A DNA stretch of 64,000 nucleotides from an uncultured bacterium (lineage in GTDB: Bacteria; Auribacterota; Erginobacteria; Erginobacterales; Erginobacteraceae). The stretch spans positions 1 to 64,000 of the forward strand of contig CAWGIE010000047.1 in assembly GCA_963822585.1 (NCBI GenBank). The letters run 5' to 3'. A program made the position numbers and the translations under genes. Every line of letters starts with the position of its first letter. The first letter of the stretch is position 1. Shown here piece after piece: positions 30,958 through 41,025 of this stretch. Under the pieces are notes generated by a model. That model had not been told where the DNA came from. It ran no database searches and worked only from the letters and a program-made list of their open reading frames with translations.

Positions 30958-31033
30958 ACACCAAGTCACGAAGAAAAGAAGTGAAAGTGTAAAAATCATC
31001 TTTTTTTCTTCGTGTCTTGGTGTCTTAGTGGTA
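30958..31033. repeat. Inverted nonamer-type cassette
   Basis: ACACCAAGTCACGAAG ... CTTCGTGTCTTGGTGT. Confidence 0.8.
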
Positions 31034-31062
31034 ATCATTGCGAGCGAAGCGAGCTAATTTAT

Positions 31063-32355
31063 ATGAAAGAATACTATTTCATCAGCGATCTCCACATCGG
31101 GGGCGACGCCGAACTCGAGATCTGCGATTTCGAGGAAGAGCTGATCGGTTTCCTGCGGGAGCTGGAGAAAAAGGACCGGGAGACGGAGCTGATCATTGTC
31201 GGCGATATCTTCGGGTTCTGGGAGCTGACCGGCGCCGAGGGGACCGGGAAACTGGAGGCCATTGCCGGCAACCATCGGGCGCTCTTCGATCAGTTCCGGA
31301 AGACCGGGTCCCGGATCGTCATCACCGTCATCCCCGGCAATCATGACTATCCCCTGGCCTGCGACCCGGATTTTGAAAAGGCTCTGGCCGGATATAACAT
31401 CCGGTTGGAACGGCGGGAGCATATTACCAGGGAAGTGGCCGGGAGGAAGATCTGGATCGAGCACGGCAGCCAGCACGACAGTTTCAACCGGGCCTCCAAG
31501 TTCGGGGATCCCTACGTCACCCCGATCGGGTATTACGTCACCAGTCACATCACCAGCACCGCCGGGCGTCATGCCGGTTTCGGACGCGGTCTCTGGCTGC
31601 GCGACCTGGAGTCGGTTCAGCCCTACGAGTATATCCCCGACTGGCTGCTCTCAAATTATTTTTACCGGGAGATGAGCCCGATTTTGCGCTGGATCATGCT
31701 CCCGTTTCTCCTGCTCTTTACCGTCAGTCTGGCGGCGTTCGTGGGGATGATCCTGGAGCAGGAAGCCATCCTGGGAACGAATATCTTCAACCGGGAGTTC
31801 CTCTCCTCCCTGGGGATCTTCGGAAAGCTCTTCGGGATTGTTCTGATGGTCGATTTCGTGGTGATCATCTTCCTGCTTCTCTTATCGATCCCGCTCGGTC
31901 TGATTCTCCGGGACATATCGCGCACGCTCCGCCGGTATGGGATCAGGGCCGGTGAGGGGGTCAACGTCCAGAAGACCGATGTTTACCTGCAGGCGGCCCG
32001 GAAGGTTTTCGCCCGGGATCCGTCGGTGGCGGTATATCTCTTCGGGCACACCCATACCCCTTCCCTGCAGCATCTCGACGGCCGGGTGATTATCAATACC
32101 GGGACCTGGCTGAAGATGCTGATCCGGGTAAAATCCCGCTTCCGGCTTCTCCCGGCGGTCTATTATCCGACCTTCCGTCTCAATTACTTCCGGATCTTTG
32201 ATGAAGGGGGCCGGGTCGTGATCGAATATAAGCTGATCCCCCGGGCAACCATCTCCGGCTTAACCTTCCTGCAGAAGCTGGTGACCCTGGGAAGAAAGCG
32301 GGCGGTCAATTTCAATATCCCGGCCCGCACGGTGGTGGGGGAGAACAGCACCTGA
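31063..32355 (+). CDS. Calcineurin-like metallophosphoesterase with internal transmembrane helices
   Basis: SDLHIG, VGD, PGNHD, EHG, FGHTH and NTGTW. Confidence 0.88.
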   Translation: MKEYYFISDLHIGGDAELEICDFEEELIGFLRELEKKDRETELIIVGDIFGFWELTGAEGTGKLEAIAGNHRALFDQFRKTGSRIVITVIPGNHDYPLACDPDFEKALAGYNIRLERREHITREVAGRKIWIEHGSQHDSFNRASKFGDPYVTPIGYYVTSHITSTAGRHAGFGRGLWLRDLESVQPYEYIPDWLLSNYFYREMSPILRWIMLPFLLLFTVSLAAFVGMILEQEAILGTNIFNREFLSSLGIFGKLFGIVLMVDFVVIIFLLLLSIPLGLILRDISRTLRRYGIRAGEGVNVQKTDVYLQAARKVFARDPSVAVYLFGHTHTPSLQHLDGRVIINTGTWLKMLIRVKSRFRLLPAVYYPTFRLNYFRIFDEGGRVVIEYKLIPRATISGLTFLQKLVTLGRKRAVNFNIPARTVVGENST

Positions 32356-32583
32356 TTTTTATCCCGAGGTGCCGGAGGCACTTTTCGGGGACACTGGTGG
32401 TTTAAACTTATGTAGCCGGCAAAGCTAATTATTACCACGAAGGACACGAAGTTCACGAAGAGAATGCTTAAAAAGGAAAACCATATTTATTCACCCATTC
32501 AGGGGAGATTCTTGAATAGGTAATCGTACTTAAATTTCTTGTATTACTAAGGAGAGCATAAAATAGATTGCATTATGTGAACT

Positions 32584-32675
32584 GGTCATTGCGAGCGCAG
32601 CGAAGCAATCTCTTGTTCCCAAAATGATTGAGATTGCTTCGTCTCCCTCACTTCGTTCGGGATCCTCGCAATGAC
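32584..32675. repeat. REP-like palindromic element
   Basis: GTCATTGCGAG...GAAGCAATCTC ... GAGATTGCTTC...CTCGCAATGAC. Confidence 0.85.
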
Positions 32676-32715
32676 CGGTTAAACTGTTTAATGCGCCCCG
32701 TCGTAATAACGCCAT

Positions 32716-32783
32716 AACCGCGGATGAAGCGGATTGGGCTGATTGCGGTGGTAAAATCCGATTAATCTGTTTCATCCGCGGTT
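32716..32783. repeat. Inverted nonamer-type cassette
   Basis: AACCGCGGATGAAGCGGATT ... AATCTGTTTCATCCGCGGTT. Confidence 0.75.
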
Positions 32784-32806
32784 TGATTGAATTCCGTGGT
32801 ATCGGG

Positions 32807-33271
32807 TCAACCGATGGCGAAGGCGCCCGGGATCGGGTGTGCCAGTCTTTCGAAATCAGCGTAACCGAGACGGATCAGTTCCCGGTGACTCCCGGCATTG
32901 AAAGCGATCTCACGGTCCCGGGCCAGCTTTTCCGCCGCGAAGACCTTGATACCGTAAAGGTTGCCGAAAGGCGGCATCGCCCCCAGCTCGCACCCCGGGA
33001 AAAGATCTGCGAACTCCTCTTCACCGGCGATCTCGACTTTCTTGGCCCCCGCCACCGTGGCGAGGAGAGCCGTATCCACCCGGTAGGAGGCGGGCAGCAC
33101 GGCCATGGCCAGCTCGCCGTCGATCCTGACGATGATGGTCTTGGCCAGCTCTTTCCCCGGGATATCGGCCGCCGCCGCGATTTCCTGGGCGGTATAGGCC
33201 AGGGAATGGTCGATGGTCACGTACTTGACCTTGTTGCTGTCGAGAAATTCCTTGAGCTTCTTCGTCGGCAT
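32807..33271 (-). CDS. YbaK/ProX-family aminoacyl-tRNA deacylase
   Basis: H..AYTAQEIA, LAKTII, GCELGAMPPFG and FNAGSH. Confidence 0.9.
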   Translation of the reverse strand: MPTKKLKEFLDSNKVKYVTIDHSLAYTAQEIAAAADIPGKELAKTIIVRIDGELAMAVLPASYRVDTALLATVAGAKKVEIAGEEEFADLFPGCELGAMPPFGNLYGIKVFAAEKLARDREIAFNAGSHRELIRLGYADFERLAHPIPGAFAIG

Positions 33272-33292
33272 GGCCGCCTCCTTTGTTTAAAG

Positions 33293-33414
33293 GAGTGTTG
33301 GAGTGGTGGAATAGCCGCCTTCGCCATAGTAGCCTACGGCTACGTCGGCTGAAATGGAGGGGGGGGGAACGCCGCCTCCCGATAGCCCATCATTCCATTA
33401 CTCCATTACTCCAT
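33293..33414. repeat. Inverted octamer cassette with a nested palindrome
   Basis: The left arm is interrupted by GCCGCCTTCGCCATAGTAGCCTACGGCTACGTCGGCTG. Confidence 0.8.
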
Positions 33415-33535
33415 TTAGTTGAGGGTATAAAATGCATAAGGTCCGCTATGAATATAGTATACACCAGCGATACTGCTTTTCCAAGCATTGTTTTTCAATT
33501 TACACGGCAGCCCCGGGCATATTATGCTTGATGGC

Positions 33536-35035
33536 ATGAAATACGAGACCGTGATCGGGCTGGAGGTTCATGTCCAGCTTAAAACCAGGACCAAGATCTT
33601 CTGCGCCTGCCCGGTGGAGTGGGGCGGGGAACCGAATACCCGGGTCTGCCCCGTCTGCCTGGGGCTCCCGGGGGTTCTCCCGGTGCTCAATGAGCACGTC
33701 CTCGAACTGGCGGTCCGGGCCGGGCTGGTCCTGAACTGCGCGGTCTCCTCGTTCAGCAAGTTCGACCGGAAGAATTACTTTTACCCCGATCTCCCCAAGG
33801 CCTATCAGATCTCCCAGTTTGACCGTCCTCTGAACGGCCCCGGCCATATGGATATTGAATGCGCGGGTGAAAAGAAGAGGATCGGCATCACCCGCGCGCA
33901 TCTGGAGGAGGACGCGGGCAAGCTCGTCCACTTCGAGAAGGAGGGCTGCAGCGGGGTTGACTACAACCGGACCGGTGTTCCCCTGCTGGAGATCGTCAGC
34001 GACCCGGATCTCCGCTCCCCGCGCGAGGCCTACGAATACCTGAAGACCCTGCGGACGATGATGCGGTATGCCGGGATCAGCGACTGCGACATGGAGAAAG
34101 GCAGCTTCCGCTGCGACGCCAACGTTTCACTGCGTCCGTCCGGCGCCGCCGAGCTAGGGGTGAAGGTCGAGATCAAGAACATGAATTCCTTCAAGGCGGT
34201 GGAAAACGCCCTTGCCTTTGAGGTGGAACGGCAGGCCGGTTTGCTGGACCGGGGAGAGCCGGTCGTCCAGGAGACCCGGCTCTACAACGCCGATCGGGGA
34301 AAGACGTTTTCGATGAGGAGCAAGGAAGAGGCCCATGATTATCGTTATTTCCCCGATCCCGACCTGGTCCCGATCGTCATCGAGAAGGAAGAGGTGGACC
34401 AAATCCGGGGGAGCCTCCCCGAATTGCCGGCCGCCCGCCGCGAGCGGTTCCGGGAACAGTACGGTCTTTCCGAGTACGATGCCGGCGTCCTGACCGCGGA
34501 AAAAGAGCTGGCCGATTTTTTTGAGGAAGTTTTTAAATATTACGGAGGCGAAAACTACAAATCTGTCTGCAATTGGATTACTGCCGAACTCCTTGGATTA
34601 TTAAACGAAGATAATATCCCTATTGAAAAGTCTCCTGTTAGTCCCAGAGAGATAGCTGAAATACAAGAGGCAATGGATCATGGAACAATAAGCGGGAAAA
34701 TAGGGAAAACGGTGCTCAAAATTGCATATGATTCCGAAAGTATGCTTCCAACAGGTACTAACCAAGGAAGACAACAAGTTGTAATAAATAGAGAAGGTCG
34801 TATTCAATTAATTATACAAAAAGAAGGTCTTGAACAAATGAGCGACAGTGGGGAAATTGAGGAAATATTAGATAAAATAATTTTTGAAAATCCGTCCGCT
34901 GTAACGGATTTTCAGGGGGGGAAGAAGAACGCCCTCAGCTTCCTGGTCGGCCAGGTGATGAAGGAGACCCGGGGGAAGGCCAACCCCGGCCTGGTCAATC
35001 AACTCCTGCGGGAGAAGCTCTCCGGGAAGGAATAA
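33536..35035 (+). CDS. gatB: Asp-tRNA(Asn)/Glu-tRNA(Gln) amidotransferase subunit B
   Basis: VIGLEVHVQL, RKNYFYPDLPKAYQISQ, HLEEDAGK, RCDANVS, RSKEEAHDYRYFPDPDL and GQVMKETRGKANP. Confidence 0.97.
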   Translation: MKYETVIGLEVHVQLKTRTKIFCACPVEWGGEPNTRVCPVCLGLPGVLPVLNEHVLELAVRAGLVLNCAVSSFSKFDRKNYFYPDLPKAYQISQFDRPLNGPGHMDIECAGEKKRIGITRAHLEEDAGKLVHFEKEGCSGVDYNRTGVPLLEIVSDPDLRSPREAYEYLKTLRTMMRYAGISDCDMEKGSFRCDANVSLRPSGAAELGVKVEIKNMNSFKAVENALAFEVERQAGLLDRGEPVVQETRLYNADRGKTFSMRSKEEAHDYRYFPDPDLVPIVIEKEEVDQIRGSLPELPAARRERFREQYGLSEYDAGVLTAEKELADFFEEVFKYYGGENYKSVCNWITAELLGLLNEDNIPIEKSPVSPREIAEIQEAMDHGTISGKIGKTVLKIAYDSESMLPTGTNQGRQQVVINREGRIQLIIQKEGLEQMSDSGEIEEILDKIIFENPSAVTDFQGGKKNALSFLVGQVMKETRGKANPGLVNQLLREKLSGKE

Positions 35036-35040
35036 AAGCC

Positions 35041-35081
35041 GAACGTTCAACGCTCAACGCTCAACGTTCAACGTTCAACGT
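35041..35081. repeat. AACGTTC array between convergent genes, overlapping the kinase stop codon
   Basis: GAACGTTCAACGCTCAACGCTCAACGTTCAACGTTCAACGT. It encodes the last codons (VER-stop) of the minus-strand kinase. Confidence 0.85.
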
Positions 35082-37260
35082 CTTGGCAGCAGCGGCGCAG
35101 GACTTCGGAGAGCTCGGAGATCTTGTAGGGCTTGATGAGGACGTCACAGAACCCCATCGCCCGGTAAGCGGCCATCTCGGCCTGAACGGAGTATCCGCTG
35201 GAAACGATCACCCGGGCCTCGGGATCGATCTCCCGGATGATTTTTACCGCCCTGCTGCCGCCCATCCCCCCGGGGACGGTCAGATCGAGGATAACCGCGT
35301 CGAAGGGGGCGCCGCGCGCCCGCGCTTCCCGAAATTTTTCGATCGCTTCGTTGCCGTCGTTGGCCTGGACGACCTCGTAGCCGAGCCGCCGGGCCAGCCT
35401 CTCCGCCACGTTCCGGACGATCTCCTCGTCGTCCATGATCAGGACCCGGCCCTTGCCCGTCGCCAGGAGATCTTCACTGCGCGGGCCGTTCGGGAGCTCC
35501 TTCGCGGAGGCCGGGAGGTATACGGAGACGACGGTCCCCTCGCCCGGGCGGGAATCCGTTTTGATCAGACCCCCGTGGTTTTTGACGATGGAGTAGGCCG
35601 TTGCCAGGCCTAATCCGGTTCCCTGCTCCCGGGTGGTGAAATAGGGATCGAAAATCTTGTGGATGTTTTCCGGCGGGATGCCGACCCCGTCATCCGCGAT
35701 CGATATTTTCACGTAATCCCCTTCGGTGAGAGAAAGGCCGCTGTCCCGTCCCACGGGCAGATTTTCCGCGGTCACTCTCACCACGCCTCCCTTGGGCATG
35801 GCCTGGTCCGCGTTGAGGACGATATTGTTGATGACCTGGTTGATCTGTCCCTCGTCGACCTCGACCGGGGGGAGGGTGGTGGAGAGGGAGAAAGAGCATC
35901 TCGATCGCGATCCGCTCAAAGCGAAAGAGGCGGCTTTCCTGATCAGGTCATTGATGATCATGGTTTTTTTGACCGGTTTCCCCCCCCGGGAGAAGGTGAG
36001 AAGCTGGTTGGTCAGGGTCTTTGCCTGGAGGCAGGCCTGCTCCGACTCCCGGAGGGCCCGGGCCGAGTCACTCTCCGGCGCCGCCTCCAGCCGGGCGAAG
36101 GATATGTTCCCCATGATGGCGGTGAGCAGGTTGTTGAAATCATGGGCGAGGCCGCCGGCCAGGATGCCGATGGAGTCGAGCTTCTGCGACTTCAGCACCT
36201 CATGCTCCAGGCGTTTCCTCTCGCTGATGTCGCGCAAGGTTCCGCAGATTTTTTCCGGCTTTCCGCCCCGATCGACGATCAGCCGGGCCGTCAGCGCGCA
36301 GGGAATCTCCCGCCCGTCCTTATCCTTTAAAATGATTTCATAGTCCTTCACCACCCCGCTCTTGCTGATTTCTTCAACGAAACGCTTTCTCCGGGCGGGA
36401 TCGGCGTGCAGCGCGGCGGCATTCAGGGTAGGCAGCTCTTCCCGGCTGTAAAGGAAAGTATCATGGAAGGAGGGGCTCAACACAAGAATCCGGCCGTCCA
36501 GGGTGGTCTCATAGTAGATATCCTGGATGTTTTCGAAGATATGACGGTACTTCTCCTCGCTCTCCCGGATCGTCTCTCCCGCTTTTTCCAGTTCGTCCAC
36601 GGTGAGCGTGAGTTCGCGATTCTTCCGGACGATCTTCTTCTGCGACGCCGCCCGCATGTATTCGAAGATATAACCCAGGGCCATGGCGGTGAAGAGAGTG
36701 GGGATGAACCGGCGGACAAAATCCGGGGAGTACCGGGTGAAGAGCAGGGGGGAATCGGGGACGAAAAGGACCAGGCCGGAAAAAAGAAAAAAGAGCAGGG
36801 TGAGCCAGGTCCCCGCCTGTACCCCCACCAGGATGAACATGGTTCCGGGGAGGGTATAAATCCAGAGCGGACCGGTATTGCCGCTCCCCCCGGTGGCAAG
36901 CAGGTAAGCGAAGCCGCCGTAGAGCAGGATTGCCGCCACCCAGCTGGCCGTCCGGTAGTTTTCCGCCCAACGGAGGAAGATGAAGTTAAAAATCACCAGG
37001 AGGCCGATCGAGGTGATGACCCACCCGGTCGGCAGCACGCCGCTCGCGATGTCATAGACGCCGAATCCGAGCAGGCAGGGCGCGGCCACGATCCCGATCG
37101 TATTGACCAGGAGAATCCTCAGGAAGACCCCGATGTCATCCTGGTACTTGTCAAAGGTGCCGCTGGTTATGATATTCATACCCAGCCGGCGCAGTGTGGG
37201 GAGAATGCCTTTCATCGTCATTTCCCGAGATAAAACCGGAATCGCGAATAACGTATCCAT
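35068..37260 (-). CDS. Membrane PAS-domain hybrid sensor histidine kinase
   Basis: Multi-TM N-terminus, PAS (EEKYRHIFENIQD), AHDFNNLL, GTGLGL and the receiver motifs MDDE...DLTVPGGMGG. The start is uncertain. Confidence 0.93.
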   Translation of the reverse strand: MDTLFAIPVLSREMTMKGILPTLRRLGMNIITSGTFDKYQDDIGVFLRILLVNTIGIVAAPCLLGFGVYDIASGVLPTGWVITSIGLLVIFNFIFLRWAENYRTASWVAAILLYGGFAYLLATGGSGNTGPLWIYTLPGTMFILVGVQAGTWLTLLFFLFSGLVLFVPDSPLLFTRYSPDFVRRFIPTLFTAMALGYIFEYMRAASQKKIVRKNRELTLTVDELEKAGETIRESEEKYRHIFENIQDIYYETTLDGRILVLSPSFHDTFLYSREELPTLNAAALHADPARRKRFVEEISKSGVVKDYEIILKDKDGREIPCALTARLIVDRGGKPEKICGTLRDISERKRLEHEVLKSQKLDSIGILAGGLAHDFNNLLTAIMGNISFARLEAAPESDSARALRESEQACLQAKTLTNQLLTFSRGGKPVKKTMIINDLIRKAASFALSGSRSRCSFSLSTTLPPVEVDEGQINQVINNIVLNADQAMPKGGVVRVTAENLPVGRDSGLSLTEGDYVKISIADDGVGIPPENIHKIFDPYFTTREQGTGLGLATAYSIVKNHGGLIKTDSRPGEGTVVSVYLPASAKELPNGPRSEDLLATGKGRVLIMDDEEIVRNVAERLARRLGYEVVQANDGNEAIEKFREARARGAPFDAVILDLTVPGGMGGSRAVKIIREIDPEARVIVSSGYSVQAEMAAYRAMGFCDVLIKPYKISELSEVLRRCCQDVER

Positions 37261-37446
37261 CGCCGGCCTCTATTCCGGCGGATGTCTTAAGCCGTATCAG
37301 AATATAGCAGTCCTACCGGCCGTGGAAAAGGGAAAAACGGCACGGCTGCTCCTGCTTCTTTCCCGGCAAAGCTGTTGGCAAAAAAATCACCACTCTGTAT
37401 ACTGTCAGGATTGGCCGGTGTTTAAATAACGCTTCAAGTTAAGGCA

Positions 37447-37659
37447 GTGAAGGAGATAGGCGTGAAAAGGAAACTACTGGAAAATCAGAAACTGGGAGAA
37501 TCCCTCTCCATGAACGTGGAGATGGAGGACGGCCGGGTGTGGCTGCACCTCACCTCGCCCGGCAAAACCGTCAGCTATATTTTTTCCTTCGACGAGTGGG
37601 AGGGTTTTGTCGACGCGGTGAAGTGGGCCAACGCTTCAATGGCGGGGGAAGAGGACTGA
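37447..37659 (+). CDS. Small hypothetical protein
   Basis: Compact, protein-like ORF. An AGGAG RBS precedes the alternative GTG at 37462. Confidence 0.6.
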   Translation: MKEIGVKRKLLENQKLGESLSMNVEMEDGRVWLHLTSPGKTVSYIFSFDEWEGFVDAVKWANASMAGEED

Positions 37660-37685
37660 AACACCGCCGGGATCGGGCCGGACTC

Positions 37686-38792
37686 TCAGTCCATCTTCCC
37701 GACTTCGCCGCAGGTGGAGGCGATGACCGCCTCGAACTCGCCGTCCGGCCGTTTCTGCGCCCCCTCTCCCCGCCAGGTGCGAATGCCGGCGAGCATCACG
37801 CGGCCTTCGATCCGGTCGCCCTCGAGGTAGTCGCCCCGTTCGGCCCCGTGGTAGAGAATCAGCCGGAGTTCTCCCTTCCGGTTTTTCCCGTCGATCTTCA
37901 CCCCTTCGAGGCCGAGGATGGTCGGGTTATAGGCGTTGAAGGTGTGGTCACAGACCCGTCCCTCTATCCGCACCATCCCCCGCTCCTCGCAGGAAAAATT
38001 CCTCAGCGGAAACTCGTCCGGGTCCAGGGGGGAGAAGAAGGGGCAGAACATGGTCCGGTGTCCGTCCACCTCTTCCCAATAACGGATGGGCCAGAACTTG
38101 CCGGACTCAATGACCCGGCGGTCCTCATCGCGGGCGGTCAGCCGCCGGAGGTCTTCCACGATCCGGCGCACCTCGCTGATTGTCCCATGGATCACCACGT
38201 CGAGATCATGGGGGCTTTCGTAGTTTCCCAGGGAGACGGACCCGGACATGCCGTACTGTTCCGGAGATATCCCCAGACGTTCGGCGCTGGCCTCGATCGC
38301 CCGCTTGATGCGCCGCGCCCGGCCGTCACCCCCCCCGGCCCGCCGCCGGATGGCGTCGAGGGAATGCCGGGTCGGGAAACAGCCGACGAAGGAGGAGACC
38401 GGGACGAAGACTTTGTAGGTCGCCCAGTAGGGGCGCGGGCCGGCCAGGGAAGGATCGACCTTCAGGTACTCTTCCATCTGGAACCGGTCGAAGAGCTCGG
38501 GCGGCTGGGTGGCCATGATCACCTTGGTGACGTTCTCATAGGCCTGCCCGAAGATCTTTTTCCGGGCGTAGCCGGGGATCTCTCCCCGCTGGGGGGTGAA
38601 GATGATGTGCGAGGTCAGGAGCCGCTCCCCGCTCTGGGGATCTACCGGGTGATAGTATCCCTGGCTGAAGATGAAGTTGCCGTCATGGCGGAGAAAGTAG
38701 GTGGCGTCCCGGAAAGCCGTGTAGTCTTCCATCGGGACGATGAAGTCGGAGAAGAGATCGCTCTGGCGCATCCTGTCAATCTGTCCGGTCAT
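37686..38792 (-). CDS. Predicted nucleotidyltransferase (Pol-beta superfamily, COG1665-like)
   Basis: GMSGS...HDLDVVIHG matches the GS-x-DxD catalytic motif, and QGYYHP lies near the N-terminus. Confidence 0.55.
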   Translation of the reverse strand: MTGQIDRMRQSDLFSDFIVPMEDYTAFRDATYFLRHDGNFIFSQGYYHPVDPQSGERLLTSHIIFTPQRGEIPGYARKKIFGQAYENVTKVIMATQPPELFDRFQMEEYLKVDPSLAGPRPYWATYKVFVPVSSFVGCFPTRHSLDAIRRRAGGGDGRARRIKRAIEASAERLGISPEQYGMSGSVSLGNYESPHDLDVVIHGTISEVRRIVEDLRRLTARDEDRRVIESGKFWPIRYWEEVDGHRTMFCPFFSPLDPDEFPLRNFSCEERGMVRIEGRVCDHTFNAYNPTILGLEGVKIDGKNRKGELRLILYHGAERGDYLEGDRIEGRVMLAGIRTWRGEGAQKRPDGEFEAVIASTCGEVGKMD

Positions 38793-39154
38793 GGTATGTT
38801 CCCCCCTAACACGAAATGTTCCCGCCTGCGGAATGGCACAAGTCGATAAATGAGCGGCTTGGCCGCCCATTGAGTGAACTTCTGCTTTTTAAACGTGAAA
38901 CAGGTAACTTAAAGGGGGGGGAGAATATACCGCGTCCGGCCGGTTGTCAACCGTGATGGTGAATAGTGAAGCGGATCACGATGATACCGTTGTATTTTTT
39001 TTCAACTCCATGTAATTGATGAAAAAGATAATTCAGCTCATTTGTCGAAAAAACTTCGTGATCTTCGCGACCTCCGGGTTTAAATTAGTTTGAGGTATGA
39101 TTATTTATTAAAACAGTTCCATAAGGTTTTGTCGCCGGGAGGTTCCAGAATCAG

Positions 39155-40057
39155 ATGAACAGAGTTAGAACATGGCTCCGGGTCTCGCGTTTTAATTTCC
39201 TCCCTGTCAGCCTCCTTCCCTATGGCACGGGCAGCGCCGCCGCCGTGGCGGCCGGGCGCTTCGATCTTCCGATCTTCCTCGCCGGACTGCTGGGGACCGT
39301 TATGGTTCATCTGGCCGCCAACCTCTTCAACGAGTACTGGGACGACCGCTTCCGGGCGGACCGGGGAGAAGAAGAGTACCGGCCCCACTTCGGGGGGTCC
39401 AAAGCCATCCAGAGAGGCCAGGTCGCCCCCGCGGCCGTGCGCCGGGCGGCCGCGGCCTGTCTTGCCGCCGCCGTCCTGATCGGCCTTCTGCTCTCCCTCT
39501 CACTCCAGAGCGTCCTCCTGATGCTCCTTGTCCTGGTCGGCGCCTTCATTGCCTGGGCGTATACCGCCCCTCCGTTTTCCTTCGCCTACCGCGGACTGGG
39601 GGAGGTCACTCTCCTGATCGCCTTCGGGCCGCTGCTGGTCCTGGGCGGCTTTTTGCTGCAGACGGGGATCATCACCGCCGGGGTTCTTCTTCTCTCCCTG
39701 GCTCCGGGTTTTCTCATCGCCGCCGTCCTGATCGCCAACGAGTTCAGCGACGCGGCCAGCGATGGCCGGGCCGGGAAGCGGAATCTGGCGGTCCGGACCG
39801 GACCGCGCCGAACGCTTGCCGTCTACCGGGTGTGCCTGGTTTGCGCTTACGCCGCCCCGGTGGTGTGTGTCCTCCTCCGGTGGTATCCCGTTCCTCTCCT
39901 GGCCGTGCTGGCCGCTGTCCCTCTTGCCTTCTCCGCGTCCCGCCTGCTGGGGCGGGCGGTGCAAAACGGGATCGATTTCACCGCCAGCAGCGCCCGGACC
40001 ATCCAGTTCTTTCTGGCCTTTCATTTTCTCCTCATTGGGGGTATCATTCTGGCATGA
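39155..40057 (+). CDS. menA: UbiA-family prenyltransferase, MenA-like
   Basis: NLFNEYWD, YTAPPFSFAYRGLGE and NEFSDAASDGRAGKRNLAVR. Confidence 0.8.
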   Translation: MNRVRTWLRVSRFNFLPVSLLPYGTGSAAAVAAGRFDLPIFLAGLLGTVMVHLAANLFNEYWDDRFRADRGEEEYRPHFGGSKAIQRGQVAPAAVRRAAAACLAAAVLIGLLLSLSLQSVLLMLLVLVGAFIAWAYTAPPFSFAYRGLGEVTLLIAFGPLLVLGGFLLQTGIITAGVLLLSLAPGFLIAAVLIANEFSDAASDGRAGKRNLAVRTGPRRTLAVYRVCLVCAYAAPVVCVLLRWYPVPLLAVLAAVPLAFSASRLLGRAVQNGIDFTASSARTIQFFLAFHFLLIGGIILA

Positions 40058-41025
40058 AAAACCGGACCCCCGCCGCCGATCTTGTTCGTCTGGATAGGGA
40101 ACTTGCCTCCGCTCTCCGCCCCCCCCACGCCTTTCTGGGGCAGATCAGCCGGCAGGCGCTGCAGAACGGGGGGAAAAAGCGCCGAGGCAGTCTGATCCTC
40201 ATCCTGGGGAGACTCCTGGGCGCTCCCCGGGGGAGCGTCATCAAGACCGCGGCGGCGGCGGAGATCGTTCACCTGGCCACCCTGATCCACGACGACGTCA
40301 TCGACGGCGCCCTCCGGCGAAGGAGTCGTCCGTCGCTCCCCCATGCCCAGGGCGTGGTCCCGGCGCTTCTCTACGGCGATATCCTCTTCAGCCGGGGGGT
40401 CTCCACCGTCAACCGGCTGGGGAACCGGGAGCTGACCGACCTGCTCCTGGAGACGGTCCATTCGCTCTGTTCGGGCGAGATCCAGGAGAGCCGTCTCTCC
40501 CGGAAGTTCCCCTGGACGGAAAGAGATTATCTGCGGGTGGCCTCCCTGAAGACGGCCGCTCTCTTCCAGTACTGCTGCCAGGCCCCCGGGATCCTGGCCG
40601 GTCTCCCGGCCCGGAAGCTGAATATTCTTCGGCGTTTCGGCGGGAACCTGGGCCTGGCCTATCAGACGGCCGATGACTGCCTCGACTTCGCTTGCGGCGC
40701 GGCCGGGAAGGACCGTCTGGCCGATCTCAAGAACGGCGTCCCCAGCTTTCCGCTCGTCCTCGCCGCCGGGGATGCCGTTCTGCGAGATGAATTGCGGAGA
40801 AAGATGAATAACGGCCTCACGGAAAAAGAGACCTCCCGGCTGGCCGGGATGATCCGGCGAGGCGGCTTTATCCGCCAGGCCCGGGCCCGGGCCCGGGGAT
40901 ACCTGGCCGCCGCCCGCCGGGACGGGAAGATAATCGGACGGTGGGGAGATCGGCGGTTCGATCTGGTTTTACAGGCATATCTGGACGAGCAGGACCGCGC
41001 TCTCGACCGACCGAAGGAGGGTTGA
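40054..41025 (+). CDS. Polyprenyl diphosphate synthase
   Basis: GGKK.R, EIVHLATLIHDDVID...RR, KTAALF and GLAYQTADDCLD. The start overlaps the menA stop as ATGA. Confidence 0.88.
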   Translation: MKNRTPAADLVRLDRELASALRPPHAFLGQISRQALQNGGKKRRGSLILILGRLLGAPRGSVIKTAAAAEIVHLATLIHDDVIDGALRRRSRPSLPHAQGVVPALLYGDILFSRGVSTVNRLGNRELTDLLLETVHSLCSGEIQESRLSRKFPWTERDYLRVASLKTAALFQYCCQAPGILAGLPARKLNILRRFGGNLGLAYQTADDCLDFACGAAGKDRLADLKNGVPSFPLVLAAGDAVLRDELRRKMNNGLTEKETSRLAGMIRRGGFIRQARARARGYLAAARRDGKIIGRWGDRRFDLVLQAYLDEQDRALDRPKEG

